Shown: positions 8,928-18,982, counted from the first letter of the stretch. The stretch: 51,965 bases of DNA from an uncultured Bacteroidales bacterium (GCA_964399175.1 CAYNPZ010000002.1:1-51965); one strand, 5' to 3'. Program-made: numbers and translations. Notes: generated by a model not told the origin, from the sequence alone.

Positions 8928-10255
8928 AACTTTGGTCGGAAAATAACCATACCGAGGATTGGGTGTATCAACACACCACATCTGACCGGACATTTGATGA
9001 AAAGCTGGCTCCCTTTGACGTTATAGGATCCATCGCCCATCTTACCATGTTGCGAAAGTGTAATTTCGTACGTGCGAAGGAATTTGAGGTGATGAAGAGC
9101 GAGCTGATCAAGATTTATCATGAGACTTTGCAGGAAGACTTTAAAATTCCACAGGATGCTGAAGATATCCATTCCTATGTTGAGTTATGCCTGACCAACA
9201 GGCTGGGCAAAGTGGGAAAGAAGCTTCATACGGCGCGTTCCAGGAATGATCAGGTGCTGCTGGATATCAAACTGTATATCCGGCATGAAATAGAGCAGAT
9301 TATAAGCCACATGGATGGAGTTTTCGGGAAATTAATGGAGATGAGCAGGGAATACGAATATACCTTCATGCCCGGTTACACCCATGGCCAGGTAGCCATG
9401 CCATCTTCATTCGGTTTGTGGTTTAGTGCTTATGCCGAACAATTGGCAGAGGATCTGATTGAACTTCATTCGGCTTTCCAACTGGCCAATATGAATCCGC
9501 TGGGTTCGGGTTCAGGTTACGGCAGTACATTTGACATCGACCGGGAGATCACCACTTCATTGCTGGGGTTTGATTCCATGCATTTTAATGTTGTTGGGGC
9601 GCAGCTATCCCGGGGCAAGACGGAAATTCTTACCGCAAATGCCCTGGCCTTCATTTCTACTACACTTTCGCGTTTCGCCAATGATTGCTGCCTCTTTATG
9701 AGTCAGAACTTCGGTTTCATATCTCTTGACGAAGATGTAGCCACAGGTTCCAGCATCATGCCGCACAAGAAAAATCCGGATGTATTTGAATTGCTGAGAG
9801 CCAATCTGAACCGGCTGAAATCCCTACCTAATGAAATTTATATGTACACGACCAATTTAACTACGGGATATTCAAGAGATTTTCAGCTGACAAAGCATAG
9901 CTTATTCCCGGCTATTGGTGACATAAAGGCCAATCTGGCTACCCTTACCAGGGCACTCGATCACATCAAAGTCAATGAGCATTTGATGGAGGACAAACGT
10001 TACCGGGAGGTTTTCTCAGTAAACAGAATCAAGCATTACACAGAAGAGGGGATGCCCTTTAGAGAGGCTTATCATAAAGTGTCTTCCGAAATCAATAACG
10101 GGAAATATACACCCGATTATAAAATGGCTTCAAATACCATTGGAAACATCGGTAATATGTGTTTTGACGGCATTGAAAACAAGTATGAGCATTACAGGAA
10201 AAAGTTTCCTTTCCGGAAGATCAGAAGATGTTTTCAAGAACTGACAGAGGATTAA
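8924..10255 (+). CDS. argH: Argininosuccinate lyase
   Basis: Fumarate-lyase family signature GSSIMPHKKNPD, plus TARSRNDQV and GYTHGQVAMP motifs. Length is 443 aa. Confidence 0.93.
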   Translation: MKLWSENNHTEDWVYQHTTSDRTFDEKLAPFDVIGSIAHLTMLRKCNFVRAKEFEVMKSELIKIYHETLQEDFKIPQDAEDIHSYVELCLTNRLGKVGKKLHTARSRNDQVLLDIKLYIRHEIEQIISHMDGVFGKLMEMSREYEYTFMPGYTHGQVAMPSSFGLWFSAYAEQLAEDLIELHSAFQLANMNPLGSGSGYGSTFDIDREITTSLLGFDSMHFNVVGAQLSRGKTEILTANALAFISTTLSRFANDCCLFMSQNFGFISLDEDVATGSSIMPHKKNPDVFELLRANLNRLKSLPNEIYMYTTNLTTGYSRDFQLTKHSLFPAIGDIKANLATLTRALDHIKVNEHLMEDKRYREVFSVNRIKHYTEEGMPFREAYHKVSSEINNGKYTPDYKMASNTIGNIGNMCFDGIENKYEHYRKKFPFRKIRRCFQELTED

Positions 10256-10368
10256 AAAAAGCGTTGTATTGAAATTCGTTAATGTTCTTTTATCATAGAA
10301 AGCGGTATTTCATGAATTGGAGATTAGGGTTTATGGGTTTTAGGTTTGGTTAGTGCAGAGAAGAACGG

Positions 10369-10395
10369 GGCAAACCTTAGAATTAAGGGTTTGCC
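10369..10395. terminator. Hairpin between convergent argH and the M20 dipeptidase gene
   Basis: GGCAAACC-TTA (10369-) pairs with TAAGGGTTTGCC (10384-10395) with a one-base bulge. The T-tract is weak. Confidence 0.4.
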
Positions 10396-10443
10396 TCGTT
10401 TGATGGTTAGTTTTTTCACTTCAAAAATGAAATGCCGCTTTTC

Positions 10444-11814
10444 TTATTTTGCAGCTTCAGCATATTTCCTGTAAAATCGGGTTATGGCTTCGATGCCGTT
10501 ATAAAACTGCTCCAGGGGATAATTTTCATTTGGTGAATGAATGGCATCGGATTCCAGTCCAAAGCCCAACAGGATGGATTTAATATTCAATACCTTCTCA
10601 AAGGTGGCAATAATGGGGATACTGCCGCCGCTTCTAACCGGTATGGGCTTTTTGCCCAGTGTTTCTTCCATGGCATCATTTGCGGCTTTATATGCAGGAA
10701 GATCGATGGGACAAACGTATCCCTGCCCCCCGTGAAGCTCTTTCACTTCTACCTTAACGGAATCGGGTGCAATGGAATGGATGTAATCTTTGAACAGTCC
10801 GGCTATTTTCTTATGATCCTGATTCGGAACCAGTCGCATTGAGATTTTGGCGCCTGCCGTGGCCGGAAGGATGGTTTTGGCGCCTTCTCCGGTATATCCG
10901 CTCCACATGCCGTTTAAATCCAGTGAAGGTCTGATGCCTGTCCTTTCAAGGGTGGTGTAACCTTCCTCTCCTTCAACTTCATTAATGTCCAGCGATTTTT
11001 TATATTCCTCCAGGTCAAAGGGCGCTTTGTTCATCTCTTCCCTTTCTTCTTCCGTAGCTTCAATCACATCATCATAGAAGCCCGGGATGGTTATCCTTTT
11101 TTTCTCATCCTTCAACTTTGCGATCATTTCCGAAAGGACATTGGCCGGATTGGCAACGGCACCTCCAAAGATGCCCGAGTGAAGATCCTTATTGGGTCCG
11201 GTAACATGTACTTCCATATAGGCAAGTCCCCGCAGACCTGTGGTTATAGAAGGATGTTCTCTGCCCAGCATACTTGTATCTGAAACCAATATGGTATCGG
11301 CTTTAAGCATATCCTCATTCTGTTCACAGAATTTACCAAGATTTGGGGAACCTATTTCTTCTTCCCCTTCAAACATGAACTTGACATTACAATCCAGGGT
11401 ACCGGTTTTTATAAGGATTTCAAAAGCCTTAACATGCATAAACGACTGGCCCTTGTCATCATCCGCCCCCCTGGCATAGATTTTTCCATCCCTTAATTCC
11501 GGCTCAAAAGGTTTCGACTCCCATTTGTCAATAGGATCAACCGGCATAACATCATAATGCCCATATACCAATACTGTCGGCTTGTTATTGTCAATAAATT
11601 TTTCCCCGTAGACCACCGGGTTACCATCGGTAGGGAGTACTTCGGCCTTATCTGCACCCGCATCCAGGAGTTTCTTTTTCAGGGCTTCAGCCATTTTCTT
11701 CATGTCGTCCCTGTGTTCTGTCTCAGAACTGATGGAGGGAATACGGATCAGTTCGAACAACTCGTCGAGAAATCGCTGTTTGTTGTCTTCAATATACGTT
11801 TTTATGTCTTCCAT
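10444..11814 (-). CDS. M20-family dipeptidase (with dimerisation domain)
   Basis: Motifs HYDVMPVDP, ARGADDDKGQ and EGEEEIGSP match the M20 metal ligands and catalytic residues. Length is 456 aa. Confidence 0.8.
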   Translation of the reverse strand: MEDIKTYIEDNKQRFLDELFELIRIPSISSETEHRDDMKKMAEALKKKLLDAGADKAEVLPTDGNPVVYGEKFIDNNKPTVLVYGHYDVMPVDPIDKWESKPFEPELRDGKIYARGADDDKGQSFMHVKAFEILIKTGTLDCNVKFMFEGEEEIGSPNLGKFCEQNEDMLKADTILVSDTSMLGREHPSITTGLRGLAYMEVHVTGPNKDLHSGIFGGAVANPANVLSEMIAKLKDEKKRITIPGFYDDVIEATEEEREEMNKAPFDLEEYKKSLDINEVEGEEGYTTLERTGIRPSLDLNGMWSGYTGEGAKTILPATAGAKISMRLVPNQDHKKIAGLFKDYIHSIAPDSVKVEVKELHGGQGYVCPIDLPAYKAANDAMEETLGKKPIPVRSGGSIPIIATFEKVLNIKSILLGFGLESDAIHSPNENYPLEQFYNGIEAITRFYRKYAEAAK

Positions 11815-12075
11815 GATCTTCGCTAATTTGAATTTTAAGTGGCTCTAATATAATAAAACTTTCATTATTTTGATTAATTATAAATAAATTGCAGGGCGCA
11901 TTTCTCTATACATGAAATTTGCCGGAATGAAATCAGGAATTATTACTTTTGCTGCATCATAAAAATGGAGATATGGGACTATTTAGAGATTCCATATGGG
12001 TTTACGGGTGGTGTTGGCATAAATTGTCCGGAATTGCGAAAAGTTAGTTAATTAAAATATTAAAAATTAGATAAA

Positions 12076-13284
12076 ATGGACCATACCAATCAAGTGCAGA
12101 ACAATCATGACAATCAGTATACCCGAAAAGCTCACCGGGAAGGTTATTTTGGACAATACGGAGGAATATATGTACCTGAAGTATTGAAAGAAAAGCTGGA
12201 GCATCTGGCTTCTGCCTTCAATGACATCAAAAATGAGGAATATTTTGTCAATGAGCTTAATTATTACTACAGAAATTATATAGGACGTCCTTCTCCCTTA
12301 TACCTTGCACAGAGGTTATCGGAGCATGTCAATTCCAGGATATATCTGAAACGTGAGGATTTGAACCATACGGGAGCTCATAAGATCAACAACACCGTTG
12401 GTCAGATCCTGCTTGCCAGGCATATGGGAGCAAAGGAAATTATCGCAGAAACCGGTGCCGGTCAGCATGGTGTTGCTACTGCAACGGCAGCAGCTTTAAT
12501 GGGGATTAAGTGTAAGGTATTCATGGGGAAGAAGGATGCTGAACGTCAGCAGATGAATGTATACCGGATGAAGATCCTGGGAGCTGAAGTTGTTACAACA
12601 GAAAGGGGTACAGCAACCCTAAAGGATGCCATAAATGCTGCCCTGGAATATTATGTGGAGCATCCCGATGCCTTTTATTTGCTTGGTTCAGCTGTAGGAC
12701 CCCATCCTTATCCTTCAATTGTAAGGTATTTTCAGAGTGTGATTGGTGATGAGGCCAGAAAACAGTTCCTTGAAAAAGAGAACAAGCTTCCGGATGCCAT
12801 TTTTGCTTGTGTTGGCGGGGGTTCCAATGCAATTGGAATGTTTTCCGGTTTCCTGGATGATTCCCAGGTAAAAATTTATGCCGCAGAAGGAGGTGGAGAA
12901 GGGGAAATCCCTTATAAAACCGCTTCTACACTGGTAATGGGTAGCCCGGTAGTATTCCAGGGGACTTATTCCTACTGTTTGGTCAACGACGAAAAAAATC
13001 CGATAGACACCTATTCGATAGCAGCCGGTCTTGATTATCCCGGGGTAGGACCGGAACATTCCTATCTCAAAGACACTCAAAGGGCGGAATATTTTACTGT
13101 TACCGACAAAGAAGCCATTGAGGCTTTCCAGATTTTATCGAGATTTGAGGGCATTATCCCGGCGATCGAATCCTCTCATGCAGTGTCCCTGGCTATAAGG
13201 ATGATGAAAAATCAGAAAGATTCTGTAAGTATCATCAATCTCTCGGGACGCGGGGATAAAGATATGGGCAGACAGCTCATCTAA
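12076..13284 (+). CDS. trpB: Tryptophan synthase beta chain (TrpB1-type), stand-alone
   Basis: GYFGQYGGIYVPEVL, the LNHTGAHKINN PLP-lysine motif, and ETGAGQHGVATA. No trpA or other trp genes flank it. Confidence 0.9.
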   Translation: MDHTNQVQNNHDNQYTRKAHREGYFGQYGGIYVPEVLKEKLEHLASAFNDIKNEEYFVNELNYYYRNYIGRPSPLYLAQRLSEHVNSRIYLKREDLNHTGAHKINNTVGQILLARHMGAKEIIAETGAGQHGVATATAAALMGIKCKVFMGKKDAERQQMNVYRMKILGAEVVTTERGTATLKDAINAALEYYVEHPDAFYLLGSAVGPHPYPSIVRYFQSVIGDEARKQFLEKENKLPDAIFACVGGGSNAIGMFSGFLDDSQVKIYAAEGGGEGEIPYKTASTLVMGSPVVFQGTYSYCLVNDEKNPIDTYSIAAGLDYPGVGPEHSYLKDTQRAEYFTVTDKEAIEAFQILSRFEGIIPAIESSHAVSLAIRMMKNQKDSVSIINLSGRGDKDMGRQLI

Positions 13285-13317
13285 AATAAGAATCTTTTTC
13301 CAGCGAAAGGAGGTGAA

Positions 13318-13364
13318 GGTCGTTTTTGAGTGCTGTATATTATCATTCAGAAACGGCCTTTTTT
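13318..13364 (+). terminator. Rho-independent terminator after trpB
   Basis: A 15 bp stem GGTCGTTTTTGAGTG (13318-13332) pairs with CATTCAGAAACGGCC (13344-13358), including 3 G-U pairs. TTTTTT follows at 13359-13364. Confidence 0.6.
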
Positions 13365-13524
13365 CCTTTATAAAATTATTTATTTTTGTCCTTCTAATTG
13401 GTTTAGCGGCTGAATGATTTGAAATAATTCGGGTTAGATCTGGTTTAAGAGAATTTTATAGTTTTTCTTTATGCATAAGTTTGTGCCCGGAATATCAGCC
13501 TAAATAAGGAAATTAACAACTACC

Positions 13525-15510
13525 ATGAAAAATCTGATTTTTCTTTTAATCCTCGCAATATCTTTTTCCAATCTGTATGCCCAGCAACAATATTCGACCT
13601 CCTCCCGAAGGGCGGCAGAGGATTTACAGGAAGCACTTCAGAATTATCGAATTAAGGAGTATGATAAAGCCCTTGAAAAGGTTAATGAGGCCCTCGACAG
13701 AGATGATGATTTCATAGAGGCTTACATTATAAGGGGCCAGGTTTATGAAGGTAAGGGAAATGATTCGCTGGCCCTGGACTCCTACGAAAAAGCCATAGAT
13801 ATTGATCCGGATTTCTTTCCCAAAGTACTTTTTAGTGCCGGTTTGCTTTGTCAGAATATGGGCCGGTATAATGAGGCGAAAGAATATTTTAACCGTTTTA
13901 TCGATAAGGAGGATGTTGGACCCATTTTCACAGAAAAGGCAAATAAGCATATTCGTTCCTGTAATTTTGCCATCGAACAGCTGGAAAATCCCGTTCCATT
14001 TGATCCCAGGAGTCTTGGAAATAAGATCAACAGTGAATATGACGAATACTGGCCTTCCATATCGGCAGACGGAGAGACGCTGGTTTTTACCAGACTTATT
14101 CCCCGGGAGGATTTGGATGAGTTTGAAAGGAGGCTGAAGCAGATGAACAAAAGCCGGAGGAAATTTATGGAATCCTTTATGAGCAAACATCAGGAAGATT
14201 TTTTCATAGCCCGCAGAAAAGATTCTCTCTGGTCGAAGGCCAGGAACCTTGGAGATCCTATCAATACCAAATATAACGAAGGTGCACAGAGTCTCTCGGC
14301 AGACGGGAAAACCATGTATTTTAGCGCCTGCAATAAGAAGGGAGGTCAGGGAGGTTGCGATATTTATTATGCAAAATACAGGGAGACGGGCTGGAGTGAT
14401 CCTGTCAACCTGGGTGCACCCGTGAACACCAAACAGTGGGAATCCCAGCCTTCCATATCTCCGGATGGACAAACTCTTTATTTCACCAGTAACCGAAATG
14501 GAGGAAAAGGCAAGAAAGACCTTTGGAGAAGCCAAAAACAACCGGATGGTTCATGGAGTGAGCCTGTAAACCTGGGAGACAGCATCAATACATCAGACGA
14601 TGAGGTGGCGCCCTTTATACATATGGATAATGAAACCCTCTACTTTGCCTCTGATGGTTGGCCCGGAATGGGCAACCTGGATCTTTTCAAAACCAAAAAG
14701 AAAGGAGAAAATTCATGGGAAGAGCCCAAAAATCTGGGCTATCCCATTAATACCCATAAAAATGAATTTGGACTGATTGTAAATTCTCAGGGATCAGATG
14801 CACTTTACTCAAGCAACCGAAAGGAAGGGCAGGGGAAAGATATTTTCCGTTTTCAGTTGTATCCCAAAATACGTCCTGTTCCAAGCTCTTACATGAAAGG
14901 AAGGGTTTATGATGCCAATACCGAAGAGCCGCTAAGAGCAAAATTTGAGCTGATCTCCCTGGACAGTGGGAAGGTTGTAATGGAATCCTATTCCGACCGG
15001 CAATCGGGTGAATTCCTTGTCTGCATCCCTTCCAACAACAACTATGTGCTGAATGTGTCGAAAAAAGGATATTTATTTTACTCGGACAATTTTACTTTAA
15101 AAGGCGTCCACGAGGTGGATGAACCCTTTAGAAAGGATGTTCCCCTGAATCCGGTTAAAGAAGGGGAGCGCATCGTTCTGCGCAATATATTCTATGAAAC
15201 CGATTCCTTCAGGCTTGAACCGGAGTCTCGGGTAGAATTGAACAAACTGCACCAGTTTCTTGTGGATAATTCCCGGCTGAAGATTGAAATATCAGGTCAT
15301 ACAGACAATGTGGGTTCCCTTCAGTATAATATGGAATTGTCCAGAAAACGGGCACGTTCTGTATACAATTATCTCATTGATAAAGGAATAGATCCTGAGC
15401 GTCTGTCTTATGAAGGTTATGGAGAAAGTGATCCCATAGCTACCAATGAAACTGAAGAAGGAAGGGCCAAAAACAGAAGAACCGAAATAAAGATCCTGGG
15501 TAACCAATGA
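13525..15510 (+). CDS. Outer-membrane protein with signal peptide, TPR, PD40/TolB-like repeats and C-terminal OmpA domain (paralogue of 683-2644)
   Basis: Same domain order as the 653 aa protein. Signal peptide ends LYAQQ. PD40-type repeats are present. The OmpA C-terminus reads GHTDNVGSLQYNMELSRKRARSV, NRRTEIKI. Confidence 0.85.
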   Translation: MKNLIFLLILAISFSNLYAQQQYSTSSRRAAEDLQEALQNYRIKEYDKALEKVNEALDRDDDFIEAYIIRGQVYEGKGNDSLALDSYEKAIDIDPDFFPKVLFSAGLLCQNMGRYNEAKEYFNRFIDKEDVGPIFTEKANKHIRSCNFAIEQLENPVPFDPRSLGNKINSEYDEYWPSISADGETLVFTRLIPREDLDEFERRLKQMNKSRRKFMESFMSKHQEDFFIARRKDSLWSKARNLGDPINTKYNEGAQSLSADGKTMYFSACNKKGGQGGCDIYYAKYRETGWSDPVNLGAPVNTKQWESQPSISPDGQTLYFTSNRNGGKGKKDLWRSQKQPDGSWSEPVNLGDSINTSDDEVAPFIHMDNETLYFASDGWPGMGNLDLFKTKKKGENSWEEPKNLGYPINTHKNEFGLIVNSQGSDALYSSNRKEGQGKDIFRFQLYPKIRPVPSSYMKGRVYDANTEEPLRAKFELISLDSGKVVMESYSDRQSGEFLVCIPSNNNYVLNVSKKGYLFYSDNFTLKGVHEVDEPFRKDVPLNPVKEGERIVLRNIFYETDSFRLEPESRVELNKLHQFLVDNSRLKIEISGHTDNVGSLQYNMELSRKRARSVYNYLIDKGIDPERLSYEGYGESDPIATNETEEGRAKNRRTEIKILGNQ

Positions 15511-15627
15511 TACATCGGTTTATAACATTAACAGCTTTTTGAATACCTGTATGATGTATTCAATTTCTGTAATATATAGTCTCTGTTCATAAGGAATAAA
15601 AAGGTGACACGGGAATAACGGGAGCAA

Positions 15628-17055
15628 TTATGAATCCTGCTCAATATCCTGCTCAATGAGGGACCGGAGGCGTTCAATTTGTTTCTGTTTATTAACCTCT
15701 CTAAGATTCAGAGCTGTTTGAGTAAAATACTGATGATGGGATATGAATTTCAGTTGAATTTTATTCCATTGGTTGATGTCGCTGATTTTGTCCTGTTCTC
15801 TCAATTCATTGTATAGTGTATTGGATACAGGGATGAAATCGCTTCTTCCCAGATAATCCAGATCGGCATCACACATGATTTTTTCAAGCAGGTTGGTCGG
15901 TTCCGGGGGCGTTTTGGTAACCAGAATCAGGTCGCATATCCTATCTATCTGTTCCTGGTTATACTTGTATTTGGGCAGATATTCCTTGGCAAGCTGGGCA
16001 CTGTAAAATTCATGATTGTCATAAGCAATAATGTGACCGGCATCATGGAAGAGCGCGGCAGTTTTAAGCAAAAGGATGGACTCATCATCAACTCCTTCTC
16101 CATAGCCGATTAATTCAGCCTGATTAACTACATCAATGGTATGTTTAACATTATGATAGTAAAGGTAGGAGGGAAGTTCTTTTTCCAGTTTGTCTAAAAT
16201 AAATTCCTGTAAATCGGTAAATTGCCTGAGCAAATATTTGTTCAGGAATATCTGATTGGGATACCTGGCCACTTTTTTGTCCTTAGCATAGGCGGGTTTT
16301 ATTTTGTTCAGCCTCAAGATTTCCATTTCACCCTTGTATTTCACCGGTATTTTGCCATTATAGTCACAATTGAAATATTGTTTGATCAACTCATAGGTCA
16401 TTATAGATACATTTATTTCCCCAAATTCACTGGCAGAGGCAATTCTTGTGGCGATGTGCACAGTATCGCCTTTCAATTCATAGGAAAGTTTTTTTCTTCC
16501 GTGAAAGTTAGCGTTGACGGGCCCTGTATGAATTCCGATCCGAAAATCCCAGAATGTTCTTTTGCGGGCATCATATTGCTCTTTTAATCTCATCATATAA
16601 TCCTGCATTTCCAGGGCTGCAAGCACAACATCCACGGGATTGGTGATGTTGTTATCCGGGACTCCCCCGGCACACATAAAAGCATCACCAATGGTCTTGA
16701 TTTTTTCTATTTTATATTTTTTGACGATCTGATTGAATTGAAGAAAGATATTGTCCAGTTCATCCATGATATCGAAGGAAGTGTCCTGCCGGGCTATCTT
16801 TTTTATGCCTTGTAGATCCGCGTACAAGACAGTAGCCATTTCAAATTTCAGGGAGTGCGAATTGGATGGATATTTAATTCCTTTAGGAAGATATTCAGAG
16901 GGAATCTGAGCCATGATTTTTTCCAGGTGTTCCTTTTCTTTATGAATTTCTTTCTTTTCATTGGAAAGGTTTTTAACATGGACGGTCAATTCCTTGTTTT
17001 CCTTTATGAGCTCGGATATCCTGAATAATAGCTGTTCTTCCTTGTGTTTATCCAT
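15628..17055 (-). CDS. Class III nucleotidyl cyclase domain fused to a C-terminal HD phosphohydrolase domain, with N-terminal coiled coil
   Basis: Cyclase-homology motifs: ATVLYADLQGI, KTIGDAFMC, RIGIHTGPV, GDTVHIATRIAS. HD motifs: YYHNVKHTIDV, LFHDAGHI, CDADLDYLG. Confidence 0.75.
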   Translation of the reverse strand: MDKHKEEQLLFRISELIKENKELTVHVKNLSNEKKEIHKEKEHLEKIMAQIPSEYLPKGIKYPSNSHSLKFEMATVLYADLQGIKKIARQDTSFDIMDELDNIFLQFNQIVKKYKIEKIKTIGDAFMCAGGVPDNNITNPVDVVLAALEMQDYMMRLKEQYDARKRTFWDFRIGIHTGPVNANFHGRKKLSYELKGDTVHIATRIASASEFGEINVSIMTYELIKQYFNCDYNGKIPVKYKGEMEILRLNKIKPAYAKDKKVARYPNQIFLNKYLLRQFTDLQEFILDKLEKELPSYLYYHNVKHTIDVVNQAELIGYGEGVDDESILLLKTAALFHDAGHIIAYDNHEFYSAQLAKEYLPKYKYNQEQIDRICDLILVTKTPPEPTNLLEKIMCDADLDYLGRSDFIPVSNTLYNELREQDKISDINQWNKIQLKFISHHQYFTQTALNLREVNKQKQIERLRSLIEQDIEQDS

Positions 17056-17269
17056 CTTTCAAACACTTCTTTATACACCGTAACGAAATATTTGATTATA
17101 GGGTTATAAAATTATTTGTAAAATTTTATCAGTAGTATCCCGGCAAACTTGTATATTTGTTAATTATTGATGAATGTTCATTATTGTTATGTCAATGAAC
17201 AAATCAGAAAATTCTTTATTACCAAATTAATTCCGATTATCTTGTATTAATCATCTAAAACCTTATATT

Positions 17270-18937
17270 ATGAAATTCAGATCTTCAAGACCCATATGCG
17301 TGATCTTTGCTCTTTTTATTATTATGTCCTGTTCCTCTCCAAAGAAGAATGATAAGGACGCTGATTTATCCAAACTGCCGTCAGGTGTGATCGGGCAGAA
17401 AGTAGATGAATTTGTTAAGGTCAGGTTGACCGCGGATATCGATCATTTGTCGGACGACCAGAAACGGATGTTATCCTATCTTGTTGATGCATCAAAAATT
17501 ATGGATGATATTTTCTGGAGCCAGGCTTTCGGGGAGAAACAGGAATTATTGAACAAGGTGGAGAACAATGATTTAAAAACCTTCATTAACATTAATTATG
17601 GACCCTGGGAACGGTTAAATGAAAACAAGCCCTTTGTTGAAGGATATGGTGAAAAACCTGCCGGTGCAAACTTTTACCCTGAAGATATGACTAAAAAAGA
17701 GTTTGAAACTTTTGATTCTGAAGAGAAAACAAGTTTGTACACTTTGGTAAGAAGGGATGATGGGGGTAATTTAATTACCGTACCTTATCATGAGGCTTTT
17801 AAGGATAATACGGAACGTGCGGCTGAACTCTTGCGCGAAGCTGCCAGCCTGGCTGAGAATGAGTCATTCAAAAAATATCTGAATCTCCGTGCCGAAGCAT
17901 TGCTTTCGGATGATTATCTTGCCTCCGATATGGTCTGGATGGATGTAAAGAACAACGATGTGGATTTTGTCGTAGGCCCCATAGAAACTTATGAAGATGG
18001 TTTATTCGGTTATAAGGCATCGCACGAGGCATTTGTTTTGATCAAAGACCATAAATGGAGTGAAAAACTGAATAAGTATAATCAGTTGTTACCCGAGCTG
18101 CAGAAGCGCTTACCTGTGGAAAGTAAATATAAGCAACAAATGCCCGGAAATGAATCTGATCTGGGTGTTTATGAAGCCGTTTATTATGCAGGTGAATGCA
18201 ATGCAGGCAGCAAAACCATAGCCATTAACCTGCCCAATGATGAGCGGGTTCAGACTAAAAAGGGAACAAGGAAATTGCAGCTTAAGAATGCCATGAGGTA
18301 TAAGTTTGATAAGATATTGGTTCCCATCAGTGATGTTTTAATTGATCAAGCCCAGAGAAAATATATCAAATTTGATGCCTTCTTTGAAAATACCATGTTT
18401 CACGAAGTAGCCCATGGATTGGGCATTAAGGAAACAATAAATGACAAAGGCACAGTCAGGAATGCATTAAAGGAATACTACAGCCCTGTTGAAGAAGGCA
18501 AAGCTGATATTATAGGGCTTTATCTTGTCAAACAACTGGTGGAGATGGGAGAGATGAATGACAAAGAGTTGATGGATAATTATGTAACCTTCATGGCCAG
18601 TATATTCCGTTCCATCCGGTTTGGAGCCGCAAGTTCCCATGGAAAGGCCAATATGATACGGTTTAACTATTTTAAAGATAAAGGGGCCTTTACCCGCAAT
18701 CCGGATAACGGAACATATCATGTAGACTTTGAAAAGATGACCAGTGCTATGCGTTCATTGGGAGAAAAAATCCTTGTGCTTCAGGGTGATGGCAATTATG
18801 AAGGAGCTAAGGAAATGGTTGATAACATGGGTGTTATTAAGGAACAGCTCAGGAAGGATCTTGATCGCCTTTCGGAAGAAGGGATTCCCCGCGATATAAG
18901 ATTCGAACAGGGGAAAGATTTGCTGGGAATTGAATGA
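17270..18937 (+). CDS. Lipoprotein, zinc-metallopeptidase-like (DPP III / M49-related, HExxH)
   Basis: Lipobox IIMSC. HEVAH motif with downstream EEGKAD, resembling the two M49 zinc-binding motifs. Family call is by eye only. Confidence 0.5.
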   Translation: MKFRSSRPICVIFALFIIMSCSSPKKNDKDADLSKLPSGVIGQKVDEFVKVRLTADIDHLSDDQKRMLSYLVDASKIMDDIFWSQAFGEKQELLNKVENNDLKTFININYGPWERLNENKPFVEGYGEKPAGANFYPEDMTKKEFETFDSEEKTSLYTLVRRDDGGNLITVPYHEAFKDNTERAAELLREAASLAENESFKKYLNLRAEALLSDDYLASDMVWMDVKNNDVDFVVGPIETYEDGLFGYKASHEAFVLIKDHKWSEKLNKYNQLLPELQKRLPVESKYKQQMPGNESDLGVYEAVYYAGECNAGSKTIAINLPNDERVQTKKGTRKLQLKNAMRYKFDKILVPISDVLIDQAQRKYIKFDAFFENTMFHEVAHGLGIKETINDKGTVRNALKEYYSPVEEGKADIIGLYLVKQLVEMGEMNDKELMDNYVTFMASIFRSIRFGAASSHGKANMIRFNYFKDKGAFTRNPDNGTYHVDFEKMTSAMRSLGEKILVLQGDGNYEGAKEMVDNMGVIKEQLRKDLDRLSEEGIPRDIRFEQGKDLLGIE

Positions 18938-18982
18938 AAATAATGCTCCTTGGATTATTACGAACCTGATAATGGTGTGACT

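Noticed and set aside
11965-12051. Possible Trp-rich leader peptide or attenuator upstream of trpB (28-codon ORF MEIWDYLEIPYGFTGG...)
   Set aside because: It has only one Trp codon, no tandem Trp, and no alternative terminator/antiterminator hairpins that I could see.
13624-14541. 305 aa ORF antisense to the TPR-PD40-OmpA gene
   Set aside because: It lies entirely inside and opposite a well-supported gene. The sequence is low-complexity and hydrophobic with no motif. Long antisense ORFs of this kind are expected by chance.
17171-17215. Hairpin TGTTCATT-N11-AATGAACA and a TGTTA-N6-TGAACA sequence upstream of the M49-like gene as a further Rex-like site
   Set aside because: The right half is TGAACA rather than TAACA and the surrounding module is not shared. 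It is probably just a 5'-UTR hairpin.
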